A stretch of 64,000 nt of DNA from Lingula anatina (lineage: Eukaryota; Animalia; Brachiopoda), in the NCBI GenBank assembly GCA_051362555.1, contig CM120643.1, positions 11,692,644-11,756,643 of the forward strand, read 5' to 3'. Both the position numbers and the translations under genes were made by a program. Positions 11,281-24,626 of the stretch are shown here, in pieces (within the stretch, counting starts at the first letter, position 1; each line of letters starts with the position of its first letter). The notes below the pieces were generated by a model. It was not told the DNA's origin. It was given only the letters and a program-made list of their open reading frames with translations, and made no database searches.

Positions 11281-12121
11281 TGCTAATATATTGTTCTCAG
11301 CTTTTGATCAATCGCACCCTACTCTTGCGTTCAAAGAGTTTATTACCGAATATTTTATCATCCAACAGTTATTCACCGTAGTTGATACTAAGATTAACTG
11401 AACTGTTGTTACTGTGTAAAACTTCAACACTTTCTGTATGGCCGTCATAAGACAAAGACAAAACTCACCGCAAGCCTTAAGATACCCCAACATTTTATGT
11501 AGCACCACGAACCATACCTTGTACAATAAAATTTTACCAAATCCAGCTTATTTTAGAAAGGGATCTACATTCAAACGTTTCAGCAAACTCGACATCTGAA
11601 TCTGAATCTACGTCTAGTTGGTGTTTTATGCTGTTAAATACTCCTCAATACGGATAGCAATTGTCTGTAATGAAAGAAGTACTGAGTGCTTTTTAACATT
11701 CCATTAGTCATATGTGATATCTACTTACTATGTTAACTATACAAACAAAAGTAACTGGTCAGTCATTTTGCTACTAAAGTATTGAATAAAGAATGAAAAT
11801 TAACATTAGAGTTACTTGTAGAAGATAGCTTTTCACCCAAGGAAAATTTGTACGGCAGGTAAATCGCCATCATTGATACCCTTTAAACAGTGCATCATGG
11901 TGGGAGTGAAATTGTTCAATTTATGAGCTATTACCAAGTATGAGGCAAACATTGCTAAAAACACATGCAAATGAAAAAAGAAATTAAATAAATAAATAAA
12001 TAAACAAATAATAATAATGTCAAATAAGTAAACATTTTTTTCTACAACTTTTGAAAATTATTTGACCATGCTGATATTCCATGGGCACCTGTGTTTTTAC
12101 CAAACATACTGCCACTCAGAT

Positions 12122-12122
12122 G

Positions 12123-12176
<54 letters not shown>
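12122..12176. repeat. (ATT)n microsatellite
   Basis: Direct reading. Confidence 0.95.
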
Positions 12177-13555
12177 TAATTGATGGTGATAAGGTGAACA
12201 ACAGATTTGATTGATGAAATAGATGGACACATTATTCAGAATTCAGCATGTGTAAAAATAAAATGGCCGTTTCTCTTTATATATGGAAATTTTAAGTCAT
12301 CAAAAACATAACCTTTTTTCCCATTATAACACCATTAGTTATTCTGTTATATTCAGTGTTTTATGTATTTTAGGGGGTGAACAGTGTCATTTGGTACTGT
12401 TTAGAACTATAATTCAGCTAGTCAAAATTCTAATTTCAAGAAGGGACCATTGGTGTGATTTTTTTTCAGAAATCAAAAGGGGGGAGGGGGGAGGTCAGGA
12501 TCCCCCCCCCCCCCCCCCTCCTAAACCAGCCACTGAATTGCTATGGTAAAGCTAGCTTTGTGCGATTCTTTGAATCATAAACCTATCACAGTGACTGACA
12601 ATGGTGGTGATTTTTTTTTTATATAAGACTCTCCTTAGATAGTTCTCCGAGTGGCAATTTTGTTCTACTGACACCAAATGTAAAGGTAGGTCCACCACAA
12701 TAAGATGTCTCGATACTCATCAAATCCCTTTCAGTGGTAATAACTAGATAAATAAAAGTAAGGTGAATGACACATATATTTGATGTCACGTACACAGACA
12801 GTATCTAAAATGCACTGTCTGTAAACATGTCTGTGCATGGTAATTTTAAGCTATTTTTCCATTATTTCTCCATTAGTTAAATTTTCTTTACCAGTTAACT
12901 CAATTGCTATGGTAAAGTTTATTTTAAGATACTTCGATATAATAACCTATACAAGTGACAGACAGCATACTGAAATTTGTTCTACATATAACTTTCAGTA
13001 TTATAGTGACCATAGCAGCTAAATATAAATACTCTCATAAGAGGAAACAGCATTGATTGACAGTGGATTTATCAATCGTCCAATTCTTTGACTGTGTTAA
13101 ATGTTCAGTATTTTATTTATATTAAAAGTACACAGACACAAAAAATAATTAATAAAATTTTAAAATATTTAACAAACAGAAATTTAGCATGACAAGTGTT
13201 TTCATATTTATTTACTTACCACCTCAGAAAATAAGTGCATACATACACTATATTCAATCTAAAACATATGTATTGAAAAGTGACAAGATAATCAAAAACT
13301 GAGCAAGACTGACACTGAAATGCTTTCAATAAAAAATCTAACAAGACCATGTGCATTTAAGCCATGGTAAGGATTAGATTAAAATCTTTATAAAATCTAC
13401 CAGGCCAGACCAGGGTTTGGGAATATATATATATATATATATCATAATAAAGCGCTATAAATATAGAAAGCTTATCTTGATATCTACTAGTCTTGCTATA
13501 TGATGTTATCCATACTATTTATCATTTTTTTTACTTATGTATTCATTATGGTACA

Positions 13556-13591
13556 GCTTTCCTTGGAACTTGTGTGGCCCTGAAAAGGGCC
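13556..13591 (-). terminator. Histone 3' stem-loop and HDE (H2A)
   Basis: Reverse complement of GGCCCTTTTCAGGGCC at 13576-13591; CCAAGGAAAGCT follows on the minus strand. Confidence 0.95.
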
Positions 13592-13621
13592 GTTTTGCGG
13601 TGTAAACTAGCAAACGCTAAT

Positions 13622-13999
13622 TTACTTGGCAGCTGCCTTGCTCTTCTTGGGCAGAAGGACAGCCTGGATGTTTGGCAGAACACCACCCTGGGCAATGGTG
13701 ACACCTCCCAGGAGCTTGTTCAACTCCTCATCGTTGCGGACAGCCAACTGCAAGTGACGGGGGACAATTCTGGATTTCTTGTTGTCACGGGCAGCATTTC
13801 CCGCCAACTCGAGGACCTCAGCGGCCAGATACTCGAGGACGGCAGCCAGGTACACTGGGGCACCGGCTCCAACGCGCTGGGCGTAGTTACCCTTGCGGAG
13901 CAGACGGTGAATTCTGCCCACTGGGAACTGAAGTCCAGCACGGGATGATCTGCTCTTCCCCTTTGCTCTTGCCTTGCCTCCCTTACCACGTCCAGACAT
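13622..13999 (-). CDS. H2A: Histone H2A
   Basis: MSGRGKGG...[11 protein letters not shown]...LLPKK. The true ATG is at 13999; the ORF track starts 9 nt early. Confidence 0.99.
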   Translation of the reverse strand: MSGRGKGGKARAKGKSRSSRAGLQFPVGRIHRLLRKGNYAQRVGAGAPVYLAAVLEYLAAEVLELAGNAARDNKKSRIVPRHLQLAVRNDEELNKLLGGVTIAQGGVLPNIQAVLLPKKSKAAAK

Positions 14000-14816
14000 T
14001 TTGTACAAATTTCTTCGTTACGATTATCGTACTAAGAATGGCCAATAATGTGTTTAAAATTGGTATTTATAGCCATCGGTGGGGATTCAGTGCTGCACGC
14101 AAATCTGTCCAATAAAACAGCGTAGTCGGAATAACTGCCAATAGGTAAAGAGAGCGCTTAACTTGCCCTCGTTCTCACTGTGCAGCATTCGAGCCTCTAA
14201 TTTGCATAAATCTATTAGATTATTTGGTACCAGCATGAAGTTTACAGGGGCCGTGAAATAACCATAGGTACATATGGTTTTGCATGATACAAAACAAGTG
14301 TTTCACACATCCTCCTTCCAATAACGTAATTCTTATTAGTATTGTTAAAGATATAATGAGCACGGTTTGAGGGGTGAATACCTCATAAAGACTTGAATGG
14401 TATTGCTCTTATTAAGTTAACAAGGTGACAGACTTGATTGAAATCGTAGGACACCTTAATTGCTGCCAGCTACTTGATTGCAATCAGATCATTACTTTGA
14501 CAGCTCATTGAAGATAACGTCTTGTTGACACATGAACTGCTGTCAAGTACTTGAAAGTACCAGCATAATATACGCAAGTTGTTTTCGTTAATGATGAGTC
14601 CATGTTGGACCGTAAGTGCTTTCATGAAGTGATATGCTACTTTGCCTCGGCTTCGACGCTGCATCTGTTGCGCGCTGGGCAAATTCAACCAATCGGATTG
14701 TGAAGTTTACAGGTGTAGCGCTGGATCCCCTTATTTGCATACTGAATTGCATAAATACAAAACGCTCCCTTCCTCCAGCATTCAACGTTCAATTTGTACG
14801 CTAGAATACAAGTATC
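14000..14816. promoter_or_regulatory. Divergent H2A/H2B promoter
   Basis: TATAAATA on the minus strand at ~14063-14070; octamers at 14200-14207 and 14733-14740; CCAAT ~14689; CATAAATA ~14750; cap-like CATTC ~14779. Confidence 0.8.
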
Positions 14817-15185
14817 ATGCCTCCCAAAGTGAGCTCCAAGGGCGCCAAGAAAGCCGGTAAGGCTAAGGCAGCACGTAGTGGTGACAAGAAGAGAAGGAGG
14901 AAGAGAAAGGAAAGCTACAGCATCTACATCTACAAAGTGATGAAACAGGTGCACCCTGACACCGGTATTTCCAGCAAAGCCATGAGCATCATGAACAGCT
15001 TTGTCAATGACATCTTTGAACGTATTGCCGGTGAAGCTTCCCGCCTTGCCCACTACAACAAGCGTTCCACCATCACCAGCCGAGAGGTCCAGACTGCTGT
15101 CCGTCTCTTGCTGCCTGGTGAGCTTGCCAAGCACGCTGTCAGTGAGGGCACAAAGGCCGTCACCAAGTACACCAGCTCTAAGTAA
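14817..15185 (+). CDS. H2B: Histone H2B (copy 2, uninterrupted)
   Basis: Protein identical to copy 1; only synonymous differences seen. Confidence 0.99.
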   Translation: MPPKVSSKGAKKAGKAKAARSGDKKRRRKRKESYSIYIYKVMKQVHPDTGISSKAMSIMNSFVNDIFERIAGEASRLAHYNKRSTITSREVQTAVRLLLPGELAKHAVSEGTKAVTKYTSSK

Positions 15186-15212
15186 ATCAACGAATCACTG
15201 ATTTACACAAAC

Positions 15213-15252
15213 GGTCCTTTTCAGGACCAACCATATCTTTCCAGAAAAGCTA
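15213..15252 (+). terminator. Histone 3' stem-loop and HDE (H2B copy 2)
   Basis: GGTCCTTTTCAGGACC at 15213-15228, then CAGAAAAGCTA. Confidence 0.95.
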
Positions 15253-15462
15253 TGCCAATTGTTACTCAAAATGTAGCCCACATATAAAAATTTATCACAC
15301 ATATGATACACTTTGACATGACTGGGTTACTTGACTCTTGAATTTGTAAATTGTCTTCAGTGTATTTGATGATTTCATAGTAATGATTAATTTAGATGAC
15401 TTTTTTCTTGGTTTAAATTATAGGTATACATAATTGTTTCAATGTCAACAGTATGGCAAATT

Positions 15463-15676
15463 GGGGCACATTCCCATAGATTTTAGGTCGATCTATCCCA
15501 GTAGGGAGTCTCACTAGATTACTGTCAGATATTAGGCTTAAATGTCCGTCCCGCCTACTACAAGCTGTAAGGGGGTAATTAACTTTCGTGTTCGCTCGGC
15601 TGACAGCTATTTAGCGTGAACCCCCAGGGAGTTGGGTCAATCTAGTTGGATCAATCTAATCTCTGGGAATGGGAGC
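15463..15676. mobile_element. ~210-bp MITE
   Basis: CATTCCCA.AGATT ... AATCTCTGGGAATG inverted ends; near-identical copy at ~20815-21025. Confidence 0.7.
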
Positions 15677-16149
15677 TTAGTGTCACAGAGGGCTTTTTAA
15701 ATATAATACCTATGCAGGATTAAGGGGTTGTATCCTCCTTTTAGAAGCATTTATGATTTTTTGTTTAGGGTTACTTCCAAAACCCAAAATATGAATAATA
15801 CTACCCCGCCTCCATTTCTTTAAAAGGAGGCACACAGTTTTTAAAAAGCTTGTATCCAGCTGCCATTTCTCTTACTTGTTGAACAGTTTGCTGGGCATTT
15901 CATTTTATTTTATTTTTAACCCTAAAATGGTAAAAATCGATTTTGGATTTATGTGTCTTCTATACTATACACATATGGTGGTTGGATGAAAATTATCTGT
16001 GTATGTATAGTTCTTATTCTTTTTTACTACACTATTGCATAAATTGACCATGCTCCAATTTTAAGTAAGTTGACAGGAGACCTCTTGTATCTAGTCTGGG
16101 TAGAAAAATTACTGACATCTTGAATTTGAGGAAATAGAGGTAACTAAAA

Positions 16150-16950
16150 AAAATTGATCATCCATGCACATAAACTAGCACATCTGAAACCAACAAGCAA
16201 TGCAAGTGCATACAAACTAGTGATGCAGTGGGTTTTACTGTGCATTGTAAAGCTTGGTGCACAAATGAGTTCAGCACCTGTGTTGGATTTCACCGGCACA
16301 TTTGGAAAGAAGATAGCCAAGATATGTAGTTACTCAGTTCTCAGTTCAAACACTAGAATTCATCAACGTACTGTAAAATAACAAGGAATAACCAACCACT
16401 CAGCCTGCTGAGCTGTCTAGGCAAACTAATCACCACTAGATTAAAAGAAAAGCTAGAAACTTCAATAAATAGCAAATTGTGTCAACAATTAAAGACCAAT
16501 CAACCCTGTAGATGGCTACGGCAAGCTCTTCTTAAAAATTACTGCCAACAGATTAGTAGACTAACTTTAAATACATATTCTTTACAGGTCAACATAGTTG
16601 ACCTGAAAAGGCACGGCAAGAATACCCAAAACTGCTTTAGAAGCACTCAACAAAAATGGCTAAGCATCAGCCAACCAATACTCAAATTAAAAGAAAGCAT
16701 ACTTTAATAATTAAAATTCTACTCTTATCATACAGCATGAAGAATCATGCAAGATTGCGCATGTGCACTGGAAGCATCATATGTTGTATACTGTGGATTA
16801 ACATGAATGATTACTGGATTAGTCAAAAGAAGACAAACCCCAAGTCAAAGATGACAACTCAATTTTAATACAGGAATGCTGCAGAGTCCACCACCAGCTT
16901 TTTCCATATATAATTATAGCTTGCCTATTTACCGAAATACCAATCTTGGA
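16150..16950 (+). pseudogene. Old degraded relic of a LINE related to the element at 1993-5257
   Basis: 16400-16475 (CAGCCTGCTGAGCTGTCTAGGCAAACTA...CCACTAGATTAAAAGAAAAGCTAGAAA) matches 3620-3717 of the intact ORF with deletions. Weaker matches flank it, so the limits are approximate. Confidence 0.7.
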
Positions 16951-17905
16951 ACATAACATTACTATGGCTGGTATAGACTTCTGGGAGAAATGAGAAGAAT
17001 GTGGAAAATAAATATATTACATTTTCAGTGACCTCTGTGTCAGTTTAGATGTGGTAAAGAGGCAAGGAGTTAGTGACAAATGTGACAGACAAAATGGTGG
17101 AAAATAATTTATTACTTAAAAGGGAGAGAACAAGATTTCTGTAAAAATTTTGAAAGTTCTTTGTATCTTTGTTAAAAACAAGTCCATGCAAAAAATGTAA
17201 TGCTAATTCACAGGGTAAAACTAGTTTTAAATGAGTCCGAAGGTTTTCCTCTAGGAGTTCAAGTAAACATTCAAGTATGTTCTTTGATTATGGATAAATG
17301 CAATAATCAAATATAAAATCTCAAGTTGGACCAATTTTGAATGAAGCACCAAATTTAAAAGCACGACCAAACATGAAACAAAAATTGAATTGTTCTTACA
17401 TCACAGTTGAAGCTTATTTAACCTTTGAGAAAACTATGCATCATAAGTTTAAATACTTAAACTATCAACTACATTTTTTTAAATTTTATAACATAACTAA
17501 AATCATCGCTATTATTATGTTTTTCACATTAGTCAAATATCTGCAAGTGCATGCAAACAAGTTTAATTTTTATTTTTCCTCTAAATATTCAGTATATTTA
17601 TCAACAGGCTTAAACCATCCTCCATGCACACCTGCCTTTTAAAAACAATCTGTAAATCACAAACTAAGTGACAGCTACATGGAACCAAACAAAAACTTCA
17701 CTAATCAGATCAAGGGCATTTGAAATAAAGTTATCCTCCATATCAATTTCTTTCTTCTTCAACTTATATGTCTCAGTTTAGTGTTCTCCTGAAGAATTTC
17801 TCCCGTTTTCTCCTGTTGCAGTTCATTCCACTTTGAGGCAAAAGTTGCATAGCTCTGTATTTTCAGAAAATTTCATCCATGAAGGTATGCTATGGTCATT
17901 TCTTT

Positions 17906-20152
17906 CTACTGAAGCTTCATTTTCAGCTCTTTTCCTTAATAATGTTCTGTAGTTTGTCTACCAGGGAGTTGACATCCTGGTTTTTGTCTATCTTGATAAA
18001 CTTCCCCTTCTTCACAGTGATCACAGTCAACCAGCCGGGCAGTACCTCCGTCAGCAACTTTAGGTGGGTTTCCACATCAGCTAAAATGGAGTCAAAAGTA
18101 ACTCATGGATTATAAATCACAACAGCAATGATGGAAAGGAATGTGCAGACTGAGAGAGGAGAATAATTGTTCTCCTTAAAATAAATATTCACTACTTCGT
18201 ATAAAACATAGCATTTAAAAATTCATATTAGGTTTAGTTGAATGGCTAATGACACCAAACGCTGCAGTCCACACCAACTGCAATGTCAAAGTCTGAAAGG
18301 TAACAGATATACTCCAAGCAAAGGAACATGCCTAATTATCAACAGGCTGGTTATGAGTAGAGCCTATCAAATTTTAGTCCAAAAAATATGTTACAAATCT
18401 GTGAACCATTAGAAATGTAAACTGCATGGAATAATGATGCTTGGCTAATAACAATAAATCTCAAGCCCACCTGCTCCAATACCAGATCTGTAACTATCCA
18501 TGAGTTTCTGAGTGGCAGCCTCCATGGACAAAGCTGGCTTCTTCTCTGTCACATAATACGACCGGAGTATACGGACTATCTCAGGGAGACGCTCCAGCAT
18601 TTTCAGTCGTTGTTCCTGCTCTGGTTTTCGAGTTAAAACTGCTTCCAGTTTAGCTGCCTCCTTGGCTCTGATCTTTAAACATATAAAATGAGATCATGTT
18701 ACTTAAAAAACTTTATGTACTTCCTTTAAAATAGAGGGCACTTATGTAAAAGTTTTTCGCACAGACTGAGCTACACTGTGTCTCTTCACATAATTTACAT
18801 TAAAATTATCTTTCACATATGTACAGTTTAATAAAGAAAGAAAGTCCTCACCCTTTCCAAGAGAGATGATGGAACACCCTTCAGTGTAGTGGTAGGCGAG
18901 TTGTTCTCTGCAGACACTGTTTTATCCTTTTTGGGTGTTGTGGCATCTTCTGGTTTTATTAATTTCAACTTGGCCACAGACTCAAGTGCTCTTTCCACCT
19001 GACATTTCAAAGGAAATAACAATAAAAAAACTTCAATAATAGAGCCAAATGTAAACATCTCACATGTTGAAGTACTGAATTTTCTGGGTCTGATTTTTTA
19101 TTTGTACCTATGCCACAAATCCTACATATATTTAGAATTCGAGTTAACTGCTTGTTTGACATTACCATCGTATATACTCAAAGCTAACCAGCAAGAAAAA
19201 AAATCAGGTCAGAAATATTTGAAACGAATATACCACATACTTTAGCTGGTACTTTTCCCCTTGCTTGTGAGAGCACATCGGTGGCAGTGGAGTATTTCCG
19301 GACCACTGGTGCCTCTGGTAGTGGTGCTGGAACCACATCGGGTACCTGGTCAAGTTTAAACTTCGGGTGCCATCTCCGCAAGTCGTCATCTTTCACATTC
19401 AAGGGACTCTTCAAGTTGGAGAGGAATTCCTACAAAAGAAATTTCAGGTCAGAAATTGACATCTCTCTCACAAACTTTCAATCAATTTGCCTGAATAAAA
19501 TTGGACTTATATGTAATAGAGGAATTTTTAATATATGGCAAACATGCAAAGGTGATTAGGGGAAAGTCCCTGGAGCCAATATTCCTTAATTTTTACTGGA
19601 AATTATATTATGTTCAAGTGTACAACAAAAAAGTAACAAAGCAATGTGAGAAAAGATATAAACAATGAAATGAATAAAAGGTATAATCTATTATACATGG
19701 GCCTTTTCACATGTAACAACATCTAACTCATCAAGTCAGGAATGATTTACCATAAGATTTACATGTCTGGCTATTTCCTTAGAGGGCCACTGAGAAGGAA
19801 ACTTCCCACCTAAGCTGATCAATTAACCTAAATAAACAGCAGGAAGAGAGCTGGTAGAAATTTTGTAAAAGAATGTGAAGCGCCCTGAGGGGGAATCACA
19901 TCCAAGACTTTTAAAACGAACCGGTTCAGACTAAGTATACGACACATTGCCCTACCCTGTGATGGCGCTTCACAATAGACACCAGGTTGTGATGGAAGAC
20001 GTTCCTTCTCTCCAGCAGAGTGGTGGCAGTGAACGGCGTGTGGTTGAATGTCGACCCATTTTGAAGATTCTTCAATTGATCTGTGAGGTAATCAATAATA
20101 ATTTAAGAACAATAGCGATAGTTTGTAGGTGTTCATTTTTCTGAATTCTGTG

Positions 20153-20220
<68 letters not shown>

Positions 20221-20543
20221 AGGGCTGTTCAATTCTCCTCACAGTGGTTAGGATTTCATATGGCAAAAAATAGTTAACTATTGTAGTGCAGGAAAACGTT
20301 TCTTTTTAATATAATAATAATAATAATTTACTGAAATCTAAATGATACATCTGTAGGGTCCTATGCTGCAGTTAATAGTATACAAAATAACAATAAAGCA
20401 TATTCCATATCATATATCATGTTGCAAACTACCATCACATGTAAAAGTGAAAAATGACAACCGAGATCCCTCAAAAAATGTTTTTTTCAAATAAAAAAGT
20501 AACTTTTAGTTGGGCAAATTCTGCCAGTAGGTCTGTCCAGCAC

Positions 20544-20579
<36 letters not shown>

Positions 20580-23414
20580 TGCAGTACCTTTGTTGTATTG
20601 TGTTCCTTTTCTTGTGTCAAAGAAAAAAGATTACCTGGTGAGATGTCTGTATCAAAGTTGGGTTGTACAGTTAGCTGGTAGTCAGTAGACTTTCCCCCAA
20701 ACTCAGGTAGGCCTTTTTCTTGTTTAAAGATATATGCCAAAGGATTAACTGTCTTGATCTGTCCCACGTGTTTCACTTCAAAGTTCCTAGAAACAATCAT
20801 CTTAATATCTAAGACCCCCTTACCACAGATTTTAGATCAATCTATCCCCATGGGGAGTATCACTAGATTACTGTCAGCTTAGCGGGCTTAAATGTCTGTC
20901 CCACCTACTAAAAGCTGTAAGGGGAATTAACTTCCGTGCGCGGTCGGCTGACAGCAATTTAGCTTGAACCCCCAGGGAGTTAGGTCGATCTAGTTGGATC
21001 GATCTTAATCTCTGGGAATGCGCTCTAACTCCATATCTATTGGTAATTTTGTCAATTTCTACCTTCCTTAAATTATTTTGGTGCCTACTTTTTAACACTA
21101 AAGATAAATACTCATTACACCTCTCACTGTTATCAATAACCATCAAGCCATATGAAATTGACATTCTTCACCCATCATAAGAGTTCCCTTGTTATTATTC
21201 ACATCCCACATATATTCTCTTATTCCCATCACCTTCCTAGCAACTATTATACACAAGCTTTATAAATTTTTATGGATATTGTCAGACATCGGGAAAACTT
21301 TGGGGAAAATGAGGGTCAGGAGGACCTCTGCTACATTAAATCTGCAGGTCCTTCCAATTCTGTGCAGGTTTTTAAGTATTTACATCTGTTATTCTATGTT
21401 TACATGTGATCTATCATTATGCATTGTATTTTCACATACAGCTTGGCAGTCAAGAGTACCTGTGATTTTAAACATCTTGCAGACTTCTGGCATTTCAGTT
21501 TGTCATGAACAGGTAGTTTTCCCATGTTTGTATCGTTGGTAAAAACATGTTTTGTTTGAACTTACTTTCTCAACATCTCCTGTACAGCATTCTTCAGTTT
21601 GGAGAATGTGATGATTTCTGTCCTGTTGTGCAGCATGCTGACGACTGTGTCCATGCTTCGGAACATCTCCAGGAGCACCTTGTATTTGTAGGGCAGGCTG
21701 AGAGATGGCGCCACTGGCTGGGCCAGGCTGTGGAATCTCTCATAGGCTGCAGGTGCTGTCTTTTTACTGAAAGATGAAAAAGATTATTACGTTTGGACTA
21801 GGCAGGATGAAATTGAGAATTACATGTAGTATTATATTATAGAAAAGACATGATGCGATATATTCTAATTTGATATGCACAATAATAAAGCATGCATGGA
21901 CAAATCATTTCTTGCATTGTTTCTCAGAACTTTGGCTTTCAAGGAAATAACATTAGCTTTTGGTTCTAATCTCTAACAAGATCTACTTCATGTTCAGTAC
22001 CTGAAAAATCAAAATTTAGTCAGGTAAGCAATAAAAATGGATTAATTCCACATGTTGAGAGTTGTAATAAAATATACATCTGTCAATTGAAGGTGATTCA
22101 TAGATCTTAAGCAGTTTACCCCTCGAGCTCCTCTTCATTCTTATCCTTCTCAGCTTCCTTCACTGCATTCTTGGCCTTGGCTTCTTTCAGCTTGGCAGAA
22201 CTTTTATCAAACTGTGCCAGCCTCTCCTGTAACTCGGCTAACTTGCCACACTTGGCCAGCTTCTGTCTCATCTCAGCTGGTGTCAACTTCTACAACAGAG
22301 ATTAACTGGCTATAATTTCCACAGTTGTCTTTCATATATTGCTAAATATTTTTGTCCCTATTAAACCAGGTTTCAGTGTAAGAAGATAATTTTATTTCAA
22401 GTAACTAGTATAAATGATAAAACAGAGCTTTTCTTTACTTACAGACATTGAAGAACATAAAGTAACATATGTACATAGAATAAAATATCAGCAACATCAA
22501 CAATTTAAATTTCAATGAAATAACAATCATGCACATCAAGCCAATGAAGTGCAACAATACCTGCATTTTTCCACTTCCACTGTCACCTTCAACTTTTTCC
22601 ACTTTGCCTTTACTCTCCTGTGCCACAGGCGAAGACTTCAACACTGACTTGACTTTATCTCGGAGGGGGGTGGAGTTAGTGGTGGGGGTCTCCTGGCTGG
22701 GTTCTCTTGCCACAGTTGGGGTCCCTACTGATAGTGTCTCGTCCCTGGACAATTCTTCGGATTTTGACAGTGCCTTAGATTTTTGAAAGCTAGGTGTTGG
22801 GGTCGACGGAGGAGAGGGTTCCAATTTCACAACTGAAACTGTCTTCTCTTTAGTTTCTTTAGTTGAAGGACCCTGTGCCTGGAAGTGATAAAGAATGCAA
22901 TTAAATTACTGAGTAACTAAGAAACCATACACTGAGCTTTTGTTTTGCAATATTTAGTATATCAATGACTGTAATTAAGGAAATTGTATTGCAACATTTT
23001 TTTTTCTTTTCTGGTCATATTAAACCAGTTTTATTGTAAAAAGGTTAACGCATGTCATCAAAAGCAGAAATTTAATAGGATAGCACCAACAGTAACTATT
23101 TCAATTAAATAATGGAGAGCATCAAGCCAATGGCATTTAACAATACCTTAGTTTTGTCACCTTCCACTTTCTCCACACTGACTTTACTCTTCTGAGCCGC
23201 TGAATCTACCTTCTCCATACTTTCTTTAGAAGATGGGGCTTGTACCTAGAAGTGATGTAAGACATACTTCATTCAATTGGAAAGTTGTCAGGTGAAATTG
23301 TGAATTACTATCAATCTTTCAAACATTTGAAGATAGGTAATTTTCAATAAAACATTTGAAGATAGGTAATTTCCAAGAAATAAATGTTTTGAAGATAAAC
23401 AGTACAAAAAAAAA

Positions 23415-23453
<39 letters not shown>

Positions 23454-24379
23454 CATAAAACTTTGATGATGAGCAAGTTTGTTTGGGACAAATCTGCAAA
23501 TGTAAACATGGACAAATCAAGGAAGGCACTGAGTCAAGATGGTGTGTCATTGCAGCTAACATAGTAGTGTCCAGACTCTCGATTGCTTCAATGCATTGTG
23601 CAAAATGAAAAATTGAAGAGGATCCAGAAGACTCTAGATGAGTTCCCTACATGATTCAAATCCGTCACTGATTTAAATAAAACCAAATTGAAACTCAGGG
23701 ACTTTACCTCTTTAGTATTTTTAGAAACAGTTTCAACCTTTAAAACCAACTTCTTTCTTGCATTTGTGGTCGACTTCGGTTTCTCGGCAAATTCACTAAA
23801 ATCAAATCCTCTTTCAGGGGTTTTTGCATTAAATTCTGCTAAAAGATCCTTTTGAATAGCCTTAGCTGCTCGACTTCTCTTTCTTGCCACAGTTTCGGTG
23901 CACTCGCCATCTGAGGAACGCTTGGTCGGAGTGCAAGGTGGACTTCCATTGTGGTCATCAGCAATGGCCGTGGTTTCTTCCACGGTCTCTGAAACTGTAC
24001 ACTCGCTACTCGCTTTCAGATTCTCCGACTCAAGAGGCTGAACTTCTTTGCTTTTGACTCTTGTTTTGCTCTCGAAAGCTTCCTCGATTTCACCTTTAGT
24101 AGCAGTTGCAGATTTTCCAGTTTTAATGCGACTGGACCGTCTGGTTGAAGTGACCTTCACCTCTGTCTTGGTTTTTAATTTTTTGGAAACAATGGGGACA
24201 TCTGTTACCGATTCAGAATTCTGCGTTCCTGTTGCATTCTGCTTTAAATTAGTCTCTCCAAACGCCACAGAACCCAAGTCAAACTGCTCTATTCTTTGAA
24301 CTTTTCTTCTCTTGGACGGTTGCAGGTTTCCAGTTCGTTTTCTGTTAGAAAAGTAATCCGTGACTTTCCCCTGCGCCAT
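17906..24379 (-). CDS. CDT1: DNA replication licensing factor CDT1 (~11 coding exons)
   Basis: N-terminal PIP degron [15 protein letters not shown]. Middle winged-helix motifs [23 protein letters not shown] and [13 protein letters not shown]; C-terminal [13 protein letters not shown]. Approximate exons: 24379-23708, 23245-23147, 22878-22561, 22289-22120, 21766-21575, 20787-20635, 20081-19954, 19429-19241, 18998-18852, 18672-18471, 18080-17906, with GT-AG boundaries. Confidence 0.93.
20157..20216. repeat. (TA)n microsatellite
   Basis: Direct reading; others at ~26025-26086, 33568-33631 and 61108-61178. Confidence 0.95.
20815..21025. mobile_element. ~210-bp MITE in a CDT1 intron
   Basis: Colinear with 15463-15676. 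Confidence 0.7.
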
Positions 24380-24626
24380 TGCAGCTTTTTTCTTTCCCGC
24401 GAAAGAGGTCACGTGACGTAAACAATATATGAAATTAATCAATAATCATGTTTGCACCTTTATATCGCAAAAAATAAATTTTAGTGAAATAAATACGGCT
24501 TTTTTCTTAACTCTACATGCAAAGACTATACTAGATTATGATCGATTACGAATGAAATGAAAGAAAATGGGGGGAATTCCAAAACGGGAATTTGCGAGAT
24601 GTGGGCCAACCACATGATTTCTCAAA
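24380..24626. promoter_or_regulatory. Bidirectional CDT1/RELCH promoter
   Basis: Only 247 bp between the two ATGs. Overlapping E2F sites TTTCCCGCGAAA at 24393-24404 and a palindromic E-box GTCACGTGAC at 24408-24417. Confidence 0.8.

Noticed and set aside
23588-24442. ORF-track limits of the 284-aa ORF
   Set aside because: The real exon is 24379-23708 (PIP-degron Met, GT donor); the extensions are promoter and intron.
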